Assembly: GCF_036321535.1 (NCBI RefSeq)
Contig: NC_087438.1
Span: 113,646,001 to 113,710,000 of the forward strand
Direction: 5' to 3'
Source: Camelus dromedarius
Lineage: Eukaryota
Length of the DNA stretch: 64,000 nt
The notes under the pieces are model-generated. The model had not been told where the DNA came from. It did not search any database and saw nothing but the letters and a program-made list of their open reading frames with translations. Below, one piece after another: positions 50,193 through 61,209 of this stretch (its first letter is position 1; each line of letters starts with the position of its first letter). Made by a program: the position numbers and the translations under genes.

Positions 50193-50287
50193 GGGGCGGG
50201 GAGGGGTACAGCTCAGTGGAAGAGCGCATGCTTAGCACGCACGAGGCCCTGGGTTCAATCCCCAGTACCTCCATTAAAAAAAAAAAA
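50193..50287 (+). mobile_element. tRNA-Ala-derived SINE in FABP6 intron 1
   Basis: gtacagctcagtggaagagcgcatgcttagcacgcacgaggccctgggttcaatccccagtacctcca + poly(A). Confidence 0.9.
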
Positions 50288-50439
50288 GACTAGAATGGCA
50301 GAACTGGGACTTGTGCTCTTAACTGTCAGGCTAGCCTGCGCCATGGGGGTTAGGGGACGGGGGCGGGGGGGAGCTCGTTCCCAGAGCCACAGGCTGTAGG
50401 CAGCGCTGACACAGCCGCTCTGCTTGTCCCCGGGCCCAG

Positions 50440-50615
50440 GGCTCCCCAGCGATGCGATTGAAAAGGGCCGCAACTTCAAGACCACCACGGAGGTGCAGCA
50501 GTCTGGGCAGGACTTCGTCTGGTCCCAGCTCTACCCCGGGGGCCACTCCATCACCAACAAGCTCACCGTGGGCAAGGAATGCGACATGGAGACCGTCGGG
50601 GGCAAAAAGTTCAAG
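50440..50615 (+). CDS. FABP6: FABP6 exon 2
   Basis: cccag| acceptor, 176 nt, encodes [58 protein letters not shown]; donor AAG|GTGAGA. Confidence 0.97.
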
Positions 50616-51160
50616 GTGAGAGGCCGCTGGCCGCCCCTCCCTCCTTCCCCAGGCCTCTGGCCCACTCCTCCATCCCAATCATGTCCCCAGGGGCTGCTCC
50701 CCGAGCTGAGGCTTCTTTTCCAGTCCAGCCTCCAGCTTTAAGAGCCGGCGTTATTCCTTGCTCGTTACAGGAAATTTAGCCACGCCTGGTTTTTAATGCT
50801 ACTGTCAATAATGAACACGATAAAGACGGTAAAAAACTGTTAACGCTTGCTGAACCCTTCACGCGTACATCCCAGACACCTGCTGAATCCGTCACACACC
50901 TTAATGCAGCTAAGCCTATGAAGTCGCCACAACGCCGATCCCATCTTGCAGACAGGGGAGCTGAGCTGAGTCACAAGATCAGTAAACAGTGCCCGGACCC
51001 CATGGCAGGGCCAGGCCTTCACACCCGTCCGGCTCCAGAGAGCATGAGCACATTTTTATGACGCCTCCAGTGTGGCCTAGAGATTAATCGCCCAGGCCCT
51101 AGAATCAGACTCATCTGGGTTTGAACCTGAAATCCTGGGAAGTGAGGAAGTGGGGAAAGG

Positions 51161-51320
51161 AGGGGAAGGGTATAGCTCAAGTGTTAAAGCGTGTGCCCAG
51201 CATGCACAAGATCCTGGGTTCAGTTCCCAGTACCCCCTCTAAAAATAAATGAACCTAATTACCTACCTCTAAGTTAAAAAAAATTAAATAATGCAGTTAT
51301 AAATTAAAAAAAAAAAAAAA
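51161..51320 (+). mobile_element. tRNA-Ala-derived SINE in FABP6 intron 2, with TSD
   Basis: Perfect 14-bp TSD gaagtggggaaagg at 51147-51160 and 51321-51334. Confidence 0.9.
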
Positions 51321-52071
51321 GAAGTGGGGAAAGGGGGCTGTTCATCCCAGACCGGCCCCTCAGGGATTCCACCGGTTCTGGGTCCTCTCTGTTGCCCCCC
51401 CCAGCCCTGCCACCAGTGTACCTGGTTTCTCAGGCTGCCGAGGTGGAGGATAAGTAGTCATAATATTCATATTCTGTCACTTGGGGATTTAAGAAATTTG
51501 ACAACTTATTGTGGATGTCTTTCTGTGTCTGCACATGCTGACTTGCCTTATTCTTTTTTAATGGTGGTACAGGATCCTACAGTATGGAGATGCTGTCATT
51601 TATTTACCACCCCCTCACTGAGAGACGTGTAGGTTAGTCACCGGTGGATAACCTAGGCTGGATATTTAGGCTGTTCACTCTTAACACCCTTGGGTGACAT
51701 CGGCTTCACTCTAATAATGATGATCTTAACCGACTCCCTAGTTAACAAGCAGTCCTCAACCCCAAGCCAGGCACTGCTCCAGGCACTTTAGATATATCAC
51801 AGTAAATCGCTTCATCCTCGTAATAACTCTACAAAGAAGCTACAGTTACTACCCCCATTTCAGAGATGAGAAAACTGAGGCACAGTGAGGTCCAGTATCA
51901 TGCACAAGTTATCTATATCTTTGGATATATGCAAATTGGATCTCTATAAGGCAAATGACTTCCAAGAGGGGGATTGCTGGGGCTGCAGGCAGACCCCTTA
52001 TCCCCAAGGGGCTGGTCTGCGTCTGGGGGGAGGGCTTATGTAATTCCAGCTGTGTCATGCTTCTCTTCCAG

Positions 52072-52161
52072 GCCACCGTGCGGATGGAGGGTGGGAAGAT
52101 GGTGGTGGACTCCCCCCATTACCACTTTACCGCGGAGATAGTGGATGGCAAGCTGGTGGAG
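52072..52161 (+). CDS. FABP6: FABP6 exon 3
   Basis: ttctcttccag| acceptor, 90 nt, [30 protein letters not shown]; donor GAG|GTGAGT. Confidence 0.97.
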
Positions 52162-52924
52162 GTGAGTGTCCTGCTGGTTCCCGGCACAATCGATCAGAAT
52201 GCATTTCTGCCCCCAGCCACGGCCCCAGAGATGTGACCCTCTGGGCAGCTGGCTTCATGGGCACTCCCCATGGGCCAGGCTCTGTGCTGAGCGCTGGGTG
52301 CCCATGATCTCATTTATCTTCACAATCACCTTGTTATGTAAGGATTTGTATCCCCATTTTGCAGGTGAGGAGACTGAGGCACGGGGAGGCTAAGTGATTA
52401 GCCAGAGGACAGAGAGCTTTTTTGACAGAGCAGGGACTTGGCGCTAGGCAGTCTGACTCCAGTGCCCACCCTCGGGACACTGCAGGGACCGTATCTTCCC
52501 ATCACTGAGCGCAGGTGCCCCTTAAATGCTATATGTTGCAGACACTGAGGTCCCTTGACCTTAGGGGGTCACTGACTTCCATAATCTTCAGTTTCCTCAT
52601 CTGTACAATGGGCACACCTCACCGTTGGGAGGACTAAATGGGATATTGCAAGGGAAGCGCCTGGCACGGGTGAACTGAAATGGACAGAGGTGGACAGCTA
52701 TCCCACAAAGAGCCACATCACCCTGACATCTGTTTAGCACTTTGGCCACGTTGAGTCTGCACAGTGGGTCCTGTAACAGATCACAAAACTGAGGCCCAGA
52801 GAAGTGGTGCAGCGGACTGACTTCCACTCAGGACTGGGACTGGAAGCTGGTCTACCGTCAGCTGTGCCCACGCGCACCTTGGGGCCCCCGCACTGACTCT
52901 CTCTGTCCCCGCTGCTTCTTCCAG

Positions 52925-52978
52925 ATCTCCACCTTTGGAGGCGTGACCTATGAGCGCGTGAGCAAGAAGCTGGCCTGA
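52925..52978 (+). CDS. FABP6: FABP6 exon 4 (to TGA)
   Basis: cttcttccag| acceptor, ISTFGGVTYERVSKKLA*; exons sum to 67+176+90+54 = 387 nt = 128 aa + stop. Confidence 0.97.
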   Translation: MSTFGGVTYERVSKKLA

Positions 52979-53016
52979 GCTAGTGGGCAGGGCTCTGCGG
53001 GGGCCACCAAGCCACC

Positions 53017-53022
53017 AATAAA
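53017..53022 (+). terminator. FABP6 polyadenylation signal
   Basis: AATAAA 38 nt after the stop codon, with U/GU-rich tract (tttgtttttgttctc) downstream. Confidence 0.85.
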
Positions 53023-54299
53023 GCTGGTGTAACAAGAGACATTCTGCTTGCTTCAGAACCTCTTTGCCTTTGTTTTTGTTCTCTGGTGTCTCGGGGCAGT
53101 TCTGGCTGGGTGGGAGTGGGAAACCCCTGAGGACGGCCACATCTTGGCCCTGGGATCCCTGTGGGATCTGTGTCCTGGCATGAGGGAGGCCTGGATGTGG
53201 ACGGGAAACTCCAGACACGCCCGGGGGAGGGCGAAGGCAGTGACCATGGGCACTTCTGTGAACCCCTCACCCCTGCTTGCCACCCAACACTCTGGGTGGA
53301 GACTGCCCTTTAAAAAGACAAACGTCAGCTGGGAGGGGTGACACACTGACTCTCAGATGGGCCACGGGACAGGTGTATCAAAGGGGGTGGGGGCAGGAGT
53401 GGTGCTTCCAGGACAGGGCCCCCCGCTGCTGGGCTCCAAGGCCGTGCAGACCCGGGGGTGGACGCAGCAGGGCTTAGCCAGAGAAGCTGTTTCAGCACGG
53501 CTGTGGCTCTCTGATCACTGGCTGTGGAGTCGTTCCTTTGGGCCTCAGTTTACCTGCTGGTATACGAGGGGGCCAGGAGGACCGATGAGGGACTGAGGGG
53601 AAATGACAGTCTATGAGATGGCAAAGGGTCTATGGGAATGCCAGGAAGGAACTGAGACTTCATGGTTTGAACGAGTAGGGCTTGGCTGGGGGGCCTGGGA
53701 GAAACTTGGAGAAGGCTGCGGGGGGCCGGGAAAGTGGTCAGAAGGCCCCCTACGACCCCCTGGTAGGTGCCTGGAACCCTGAGTTGGGAGGGATTCTGGG
53801 GCAGCATTAGGATTTAGCAGACACCCCTGCCGATCAGTCCCAGGGCACGGGAGAGGAGAAGGGAGGCCCGCTCGTCCACTGGCTGGAGAATCCCTAACCC
53901 AGAGCACTGGGCAGGACTTTTTTCATTCTCTTCTCTCCTTGGCAGTGTTCCCCATCTGGGTACCACCCTGACTGCTTTTTCCAACATATTTTTCTCTATG
54001 ACAATTCAATTATTTTTCACTCCAGTGAAAACTTTATATCACTTCTGCACATGGAAAGCCAGCATCACTTGCCACATAGATTAAAACTATTAAAATAGTC
54101 AGAGCTGAACAATACTGACTTCTAGTTGGATTCTGTTGCCCAAAGTCACGAGCTCAGGGCCTCCCTTCGTGAAAAGGGTGAGAGAGACATGCAAGACCCA
54201 CAGTATCAAATGGGAAACTCTAATCAAACTAACTCTAACTCCCACCCTAATCAAAATTCCTGCAAAACTCCTGGAAGAGAATACACTCACTATCAGAGT

Positions 54300-54352
54300 A
54301 AAACTAAGTGTCCGTCAGTGGATGAAGAAGATACGGTATACATGTGTGTGTG

Positions 54353-54383
<31 letters not shown>

Positions 54384-54719
54384 TGGACGATTCAGCCATA
54401 AAAATAAGAATGAAATCTTGCCATTTGCAGCATGAATGGACCTTGAAGATACTATATTAAGTGAAGTAAGTCAGAAAGAGAAAGACAAGTATCGTATGAT
54501 TTCTAACTGAAACAAACTCACAGACACAGAGAACAGATTAGTGGTTACCAGAGGGGAAGGGGGTTGGGTATTGGGCGAAATGGTGAAGGGGGTCCACTGT
54601 ATGGCGATGGGTGGTAACTAGACTTGTGGTGGTGATCACTCTACAGAGTATGCAGAGGTTGAATTATAATGCTGTATACCTGAAACTTATATAGTAAAAA
54701 AAAACAAAAAAACAAAAAA
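54300..54719 (+). mobile_element. L1 (L1MA-type) ORF2 end and 3' UTR with internal (CA)n
   Basis: gtgtccgtcagtggatga, gaatgaaatcttgccatttgcagc, attaagtgaagtaagtcag, A-rich tail; (CA)n near 54355-54381. Confidence 0.8.
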
Positions 54720-55606
54720 GAGCTGATTATCTAAATGATCTTGAATATACAAGTCCCACACATGGGGCATTAGAAATAAGATTTGCCCAATGCCTTGCAA
54801 AGGGTCTGGCACACAGCAGGTGCTTAATAAGTGCTACCTGACCTCAAGTCCTTACAGCCTATGTAATGGCCTTCCACTCTCAGGGGCCAGCCTTGGCCTG
54901 GACAGATAGCACAGCCCAGGTCATTGGCAGCTCGCTCCTGGCCTCCTCCCACGTTCTGCCCCGGAACTTGTTTATCTTTCCAGGAACAGCACTCAGCCTC
55001 CCACACCCACCCACCAAGCAGAACCCTGCAAATTCCATCATTTTGCCAAGACTTATTGCGAATTAAGTGAACTAGGTAAGCATTAAATTAAACTAGGAGT
55101 GTTGCTGTTTCCCCTCCAGACTGAATAATTACTCATCATGAGCTTGGATAATAAGCCTCTAAACAACAGAGAGTTAACCATAATTAGGCTGAAAATTGAG
55201 AGAGAAAGAGAGGAGGAGGAAGGGAGAGGAGGAAGAGTAGAGAAGAAAGAAAGAGGAGTGGGAGAGAGAGATTGTTTTCACTCTGGTAACCGATTCAAGG
55301 ACAAATTCAAATTGTTGGCAGGGGAGAAATTCTGTTATAGAAGTCAGATTCATGGAACAGAAGGACCTCACAGCCCAACTAGTTTAAACTCTGTATTTCA
55401 CAGATATGGAAGCCAAGGCCCAGAAACAAAAAAATTCATCCAAGGTCACACAGCAGAGCAAGAATCGGAGAGTGATGTGGGGTCCCTGGTTGATGGAGGC
55501 ACAGTCTCTCTGTCTGGCTTACGGGGTGAGTGGCGTAAGCTGAGCTGGAAGGAAGCATCCGTTTTGCCGGTGTCCTGGAAGAGAGGCATCCTCAGCCAGT
55601 AGAAGG

Positions 55607-55790
55607 GACAGCGGTTAAGAGTTTCAACCCTGGAGTCACACTGCCAGGGTTCAAATCCCTCTTCCACCACCTAGAAGCTGTGTCACCTTGGGGTGCGTTC
55701 ATCCGTTTCTCTGAGCCTCAGTTTCCTCACCTGCCCGTGGAAATAATGACTGTACTTACCTAACAGAGCTGTCATGCTGCGAATTAAACA
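55607..55790 (+). mobile_element. MIR
   Basis: gcggttaagag...gggttcaaatccc...gctgtgtcaccttgg...ctctgagcctcagtttcctcacctg. Confidence 0.8.
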
Positions 55791-58515
55791 GGAGCCACTG
55801 CTACCTCCACTCCATCACCACCGCCATCCTCAAGCCAGTGTGATGAAATGTTAGGAGCACCGCCCTCCACTTACCTGTAAGGCACGTGGGCAAGCCGCAG
55901 TATTTCTCGGAGTCTTGTCTTGTCCGTGTGTAAAACAGGCTCATAAGATCTTCCCTTCTTGGGTCACAGATGAATTGCAAAGATTAAGGGTAAAAATCCA
56001 TGCTAGTGGCCTCCAGAAAGTTACAGGAGCGTCACCATTTTGCTGCGCTGGTCAAGGTGTTGAAGTGACTCCCCGCTCAGTTCAGATGCCCTTCACCCAG
56101 CCCTTGAGAGTCATCTCTGCCACTCTGCCGGGTGACAATTTCTCTCCCACCAAGCACATCTGGTCAAACGAGAGCTTCTCAAAGCGTCTCTAAAGACCAC
56201 GGCTAGGTGGCGCCCCACCACCCACCTGTGGCCCCATGGACAGACACCAAGGTGTGTACGTCGGCAGGAGGTGGGGGGTGTGCAGTGAAATCCTGAGTGA
56301 CTGCGCCTTGGTGCAGGGGTGTGTGTGTCCTCTACGGGTGACAAGGCAGAGGCCACTAGTAACTCCTTGGTCAGGCATATCTAAGTGTGAAATCTGGTCG
56401 CACCACCTGCCCATGGTGAGACCTTGGGTTTCTCTGAACCTCAGTATTCTCATCTGGAAAATGGTGATAATACTCCTAGCTCATGATGATGTCATGAGGA
56501 CAAAAGAAGAGCAGGGGGAGTAAGAGAGCATGAGGAAAGTGTGAAATACGGGGCCTGGAGCACAGTAAGTGCTCACTAAACAGGGCCTTTCTTGGCGGTT
56601 CTACTGGTGAGAACCGGCACACACTGGGTCAGAGCTTTCAGAGTAGGGAGAGGTGTCCAAACCTGGCTGTGCACGTGTATTTCCTGGGGGTCTTATTAAA
56701 AGGACAGCCCAGGACCCACCGCAGACCTGCAGAAGGGGGGACACTTCAGGTACGAAGACCAGGGAGCTGCCACTGTTCTGAAGTGCTCCGCAGCCAGGTA
56801 TGATGACCTTGGAGATAGTGCCAGTCCAAACCCTCCCGTTTTACAGACGAAGAAAACTGAGATCTAGAAAAGGGGAATGACCTGCCCACGTCCACACAGC
56901 TGGGGAGCAGCAGGAGGCCTGACATCCTGTGCTGCCTGCCGTGGCTCTGGCAAAGGCCGGGGACTGGACACTGGTTGGAGCCGGGCCAGCAGAAGCAGGA
57001 CCACTTGAGCTCTTCCTTTAGAGTGAGAGCTGGATTGGAGGGAGATGAAGCTCTGGGGCTCACCTGAGCCTCCCCGAAAAAGAAAGGGGCCCTCTTATTG
57101 CCAATATTCCTCATAGACCTCCCCACTGAATAATGATTCCATACATTCCAGGCTTTCTTATCATAAACCTGAAGTATATAGTTCAGACTGACGGCCTTCT
57201 CACCTCATAAATGAAGAGACAGAGGCTCAGAGTGGAGAAGCAGCTTTTCTGTTTGCTATGAGCAAACTCAGACCTTCCACCTGTTAGGCCCAACGTTCTA
57301 GTCTATATACTAAAGGTTGCAAGTTTCCTGCCTGAGAACCACCCTAACCTATGTGTCTTCTGTTGCATTACAAAATTTTTAAATTTAATTCTTTAAATCA
57401 TGAAAAATTAATTTCCTAGAAAGTGTCCTTCCAGTTTCTTTGAAATCTGGAGTTGTGGCAGCACGGAGGTGAGATCCCTGAAAGGCAGTACTTAAACACA
57501 GGCTTCAGTAGTCCCTACCCCATCACATTGTCTCCGTCATCCGGCTGATTCACTCACTACGTTACCCGCCTGGTCCTGATGGGCATGTGGATTTGAGACT
57601 CCTGCCAAATGCTATGGCCTTTCTGCTGAAATTCATCAACTAGGGCTTCCCTGAGAAACAGAGAATGAGGTTAATGAGGCTGGTGAGAGTCCTTCTCAAG
57701 AATTTGGTGCCAGGGATTGCCAGAGCCAGCCCAGAGGTGGGGTCCCTCCCAGGGGATGCTCTGGGGAAGCCCTAAGCCTGGTCCCAGATTTTCACCTTCA
57801 CAGATGGGGCTTGGGGACCCCCTCCCAGATCAGAGCCGGCTGGGGGCAGACAGGAGGAGCAGTAAATCCTGTCAGCCTGTGGCAGATATACGAAAAGCTA
57901 CGTTGCTGTATTTCTGTCTGCTGCTGCGCACGCTGAGAACACCCACACCCCTGTAAAAAAGCAGCATGAATGCCTGGCAGCTTTTTTACGAACCCACATC
58001 CATCATCCTGTCACGTCCTCTCCACCAGGTGAGTGGTACCGCCAGCTGGAGCCTTGCGCTCATTCAAAACCCTTGACTGAGGCACCTCGGGGCAGCGCGT
58101 CAGCTCTGGGCTGGCTGGGTTTCAGCTGTGGCTCCTTCCTTCACTATTGCTGTCCTTGGGCAAAGAAGCTCTCTGTGCCTGTTTTCAGACCTGTAAGATA
58201 CAGCTAATAATAGTTCCTACCTTGTAGGGTTATTAGGATGATTATAAGACATAATATAAGCAAATTCCTTAGCATAGTGAATTACAGACCGCAAATGGCT
58301 AATAAACGCCAACTGCGTGATTAGAGCCACCATCACCAGGCGGTGACGTTCTATATGTTGTATTGGCTGGGGTGGCTTAGGGCACAGCCGTCAAACCCAG
58401 TAAACAAACTCACAAGATCATTCCAGGTGATTTCACAGCTATGAAGAAAATGGAAGGGGGCAAGGAGGGAGCCTAGGGGTGACAGAGCCCTCTCTGGGAG
58501 GTGATGCGGGAGCTG

Positions 58516-58728
58516 AGGTTTCTCAGCCTGGGCACCGTCGTCACTTGGGGCCAGTCAGGTCATTACCATGGACTGTCCCGTGCACTGTGGGATGTGGAGC
58601 AGCATCCCTGGGTTCTACCCACTACATGCCAGCCATGCCCCTCTCCCGACTGTGACAACCAACAATACCTCCAGATGTCACCAAGTGTTCCCAGCGGGGC
58701 AAAATTGAGTCCTGCTGAGAATCACTGA
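58516..58728 (-). mobile_element. MER20-like hAT MITE
   Basis: Reverse-orientation counterpart of 20441-20662; ends ggggcaaaattgagtcctgctgagaatcactg. Confidence 0.7.
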
Positions 58729-59109
58729 TGTATTTCAGACGACAGAACAGATGGCTTTGGAGAGCTGGACCTTGAACCCACAGGGCATGAGGAAGTGGAA
58801 CCTTCACCCTGACCCTAATCCAGGCATTCATGCAACGTTCAGCCAATTTCCTTAAAATAAATCTCTCTCACTACCTATATAATGGGTTCTGTTTTTCTGG
58901 AGAACCTGCCCGATTCAGCGGTAGAGCTGGGATGCCAAGCCTCACTCACCCCTTCTGCCCAGCCCACGTCCCCGGGAGGCCAGCTCAGAGGGCAGGAGCC
59001 AGTCTTGCCGTCACCCACCCTCCACAACCTCTCAGCCCCGGGGGGCGACGTGGAAGAGCGAGGGAGGGCTGGCTGAGAGCAGGCCAGGAAGAGAACCGAG
59101 AGAGAGGCC

Positions 59110-60785
59110 ACAAGCAGGTGATACGTTTATTGCGGGACCGCTTTTTCTGGGGGCTGGGCTGGCTGTGGGCTCTACTTGGGGTGGGGGTGCTCACAGGCGC
59201 CCAGCCTCAGAACAGACACAATAACTTGGAATCCAAACCAGTTGCACATAAATAAGGCTGGGCAAAGGAAAAAAAGAGAAAAACAATAAACGAATGTGCA
59301 CCTTCCTATGCTGGTGTGACAAACTGGCCCCAGCCTGTCCGCGTCCAGCGTCTCCTCTTGACTCAACTTCCACGCTGAGCCTTCTGTCTGCTCGGAAAAC
59401 CGCCTTCGGATCCAACTCCCGGCAGCCTCCCTGCCAGCCTCCTGGACTGGCAAACAAGCCAAGAAAACCAAAATGGGTTCTTTTTTAAAAAAGAAACAAA
59501 AAAGACGCTTCTGTGGTTCTTTGCACCTCCCAGTTCTAGCGCGTGAACAATGTGTCCCCCGACCCCAAACCAACCAAAAAATGAAACATACTGAGCACAA
59601 GCTACGAGTCAGGATAAAACATATTGCACATGGCTCCGAGGGTCTTCCCGAGAGCCCTCTCACTGCAGAAACCCAAATACTGGCTTTCAATCCAACCAGC
59701 TGTCGGTGGGGTCACAGACCCGGCACACCCCCCACTCCCCAAATCCAGTTGGCGTCAGGCATTCATCTCACATTAAGATCCTTTGCTCTGATCCAAACAC
59801 CAAGCCGAGGCTGGGTTTAACCTTACGCACTAGAAGCATGTGATGGAGGGAGGTGGGGTTTATTGGTTTTAAATCTTTGTTTACTTTTTAACAACCTTTT
59901 TCTTCTGGGTAGTTATCGAAGTCGTGCAGGTGAACAGAGCATCCAAGACGTGGAATCTCCTGGAACCGAGAGCCTGGAAAGCGGTTCTTCCCAGCCATAT
60001 GCTTTTGCAAAGGGAGCTCTGGGTTGACCTCCAGGGTCAGTCCCAAGCCAGGTTAAAACCCACAACCCTGGCGTGGGACAGGCAGTGTGGCAATCACCAT
60101 GGTTTTTTCAGTCCTAAGGAATCTTCAAGTATCACAGAATCCCTGATGCAGCATGTAAACAAGACATCTTACAGAACAGAAAGCTAGGTCACTTCGGGAA
60201 GCAGCAGCAAGTAAAACATATAAAAGGCTGAGGGAAGTTTTAGGTTCCACAACAAAAGCAAGACAGCCGCTCACCGTGCCTTGGAAGGCAGAACGCACAC
60301 ACGGGCCCTTGTGTATGGAGCCAGGGAAAGAAAAGCACCCCAGACGGCATCTACTGGGGGTCCTGAGAACAGGTCAGGCTGCCCCCTCTTTTCAGTGGTG
60401 TAGCTGCCATCAGCAAAGCACAAAGGAGTCTTTGATGCTAAAACCTGGCCGTGCTCGTGGTCGGCATCCAGTCCCCCGTCTCCTGGCCTCGTCCCAGGTC
60501 TTTGTCAACCCACTGGGCCCTTCTCCAGAGATGGCCACCGAGCCACCCCTTGCACCCCAGCCATGTGTGGAAGATATTCTCCAGACGAATGTTCTTGGTT
60601 GAGGTATGTCATTGACTGCCTTGGGCTGGGTCAGTTTTATTTAAAAAGAGCACGGACCTTCTCCGTTCAAGGGCCCTGAGGCTCTGTGGGGATGGCCTCC
60701 CAGGCACCTCACTGGGCTGAGCTCCCCTCGTCGGTGTCCTCCACCTCCTGGGTTGCCAAGATCTCCCTGGGTGGCTAAAGGTGCT
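59110..60785 (-). other. CCNJL: CCNJL 3' UTR (end approximate)
   Basis: Follows the TAG stop; - strand AATAAA at 60636-60641, 59859-59864 and 59126-59131. Confidence 0.7.
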
Positions 60786-61209
60786 CTATCTGTCGAAACA
60801 GCCTGCAGGGAACACATGGCTCCCGCTGAAGTAGCTGCTCCCATAGGTGGCGGCGAGGCAGTGCCTGGGCTCAGAGGTGATGGCCATCTGCATGCCGAGG
60901 GACGCGGGCAGGGCCACGGGACACACGTCCAGGGGCGGCAGGGCAGGGTACAGGGCGTGGAGGGACGAGCCGGTGCCCCCTGAGAGCAGGGTCCCCGAAT
61001 GGGGGGGCAGCAGCGGGTCCTGGTAGGCCAAGCACAGGTCCCGCACGGGGGTCTGGAAGTGGGCCAGGGCCGTCGCTGTCGGCTGGCTGAGGCCGGGGTA
61101 GGCGGGCGGCTGGAACAGCACTTGGGTGGGGGCTGGGGGTGTGCCGGGCACCATCGCCAAGGCCTGGCTCTTGACCGCGACGGCATCCTTGAGGACGTTG
61201 TCATAAGCT
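60786..61209 (-). CDS. CCNJL: CCNJL last coding exon (cyclin J-like, Pro/Ser-rich C-terminus)
   Basis: Acceptor ttttctttcag|; encodes AYDNVLKDAVAVKSQALAMVPGTPP...SSYFSGSHVFPAGCFDR*, recognisable as the CCNJL C-terminus. Confidence 0.93.

Noticed and set aside
612-51320. tRNA-Ala(AGC)-like sequences as real tRNA genes
   Set aside because: Acceptor stems are mispaired, and copies carry a shared non-tRNA tail, A-rich ends and TSDs; they are SINEs
55195-55272. Polypurine tract as an H-DNA/triplex element
   Set aside because: No clear mirror symmetry; ordinary GA-rich low-complexity sequence
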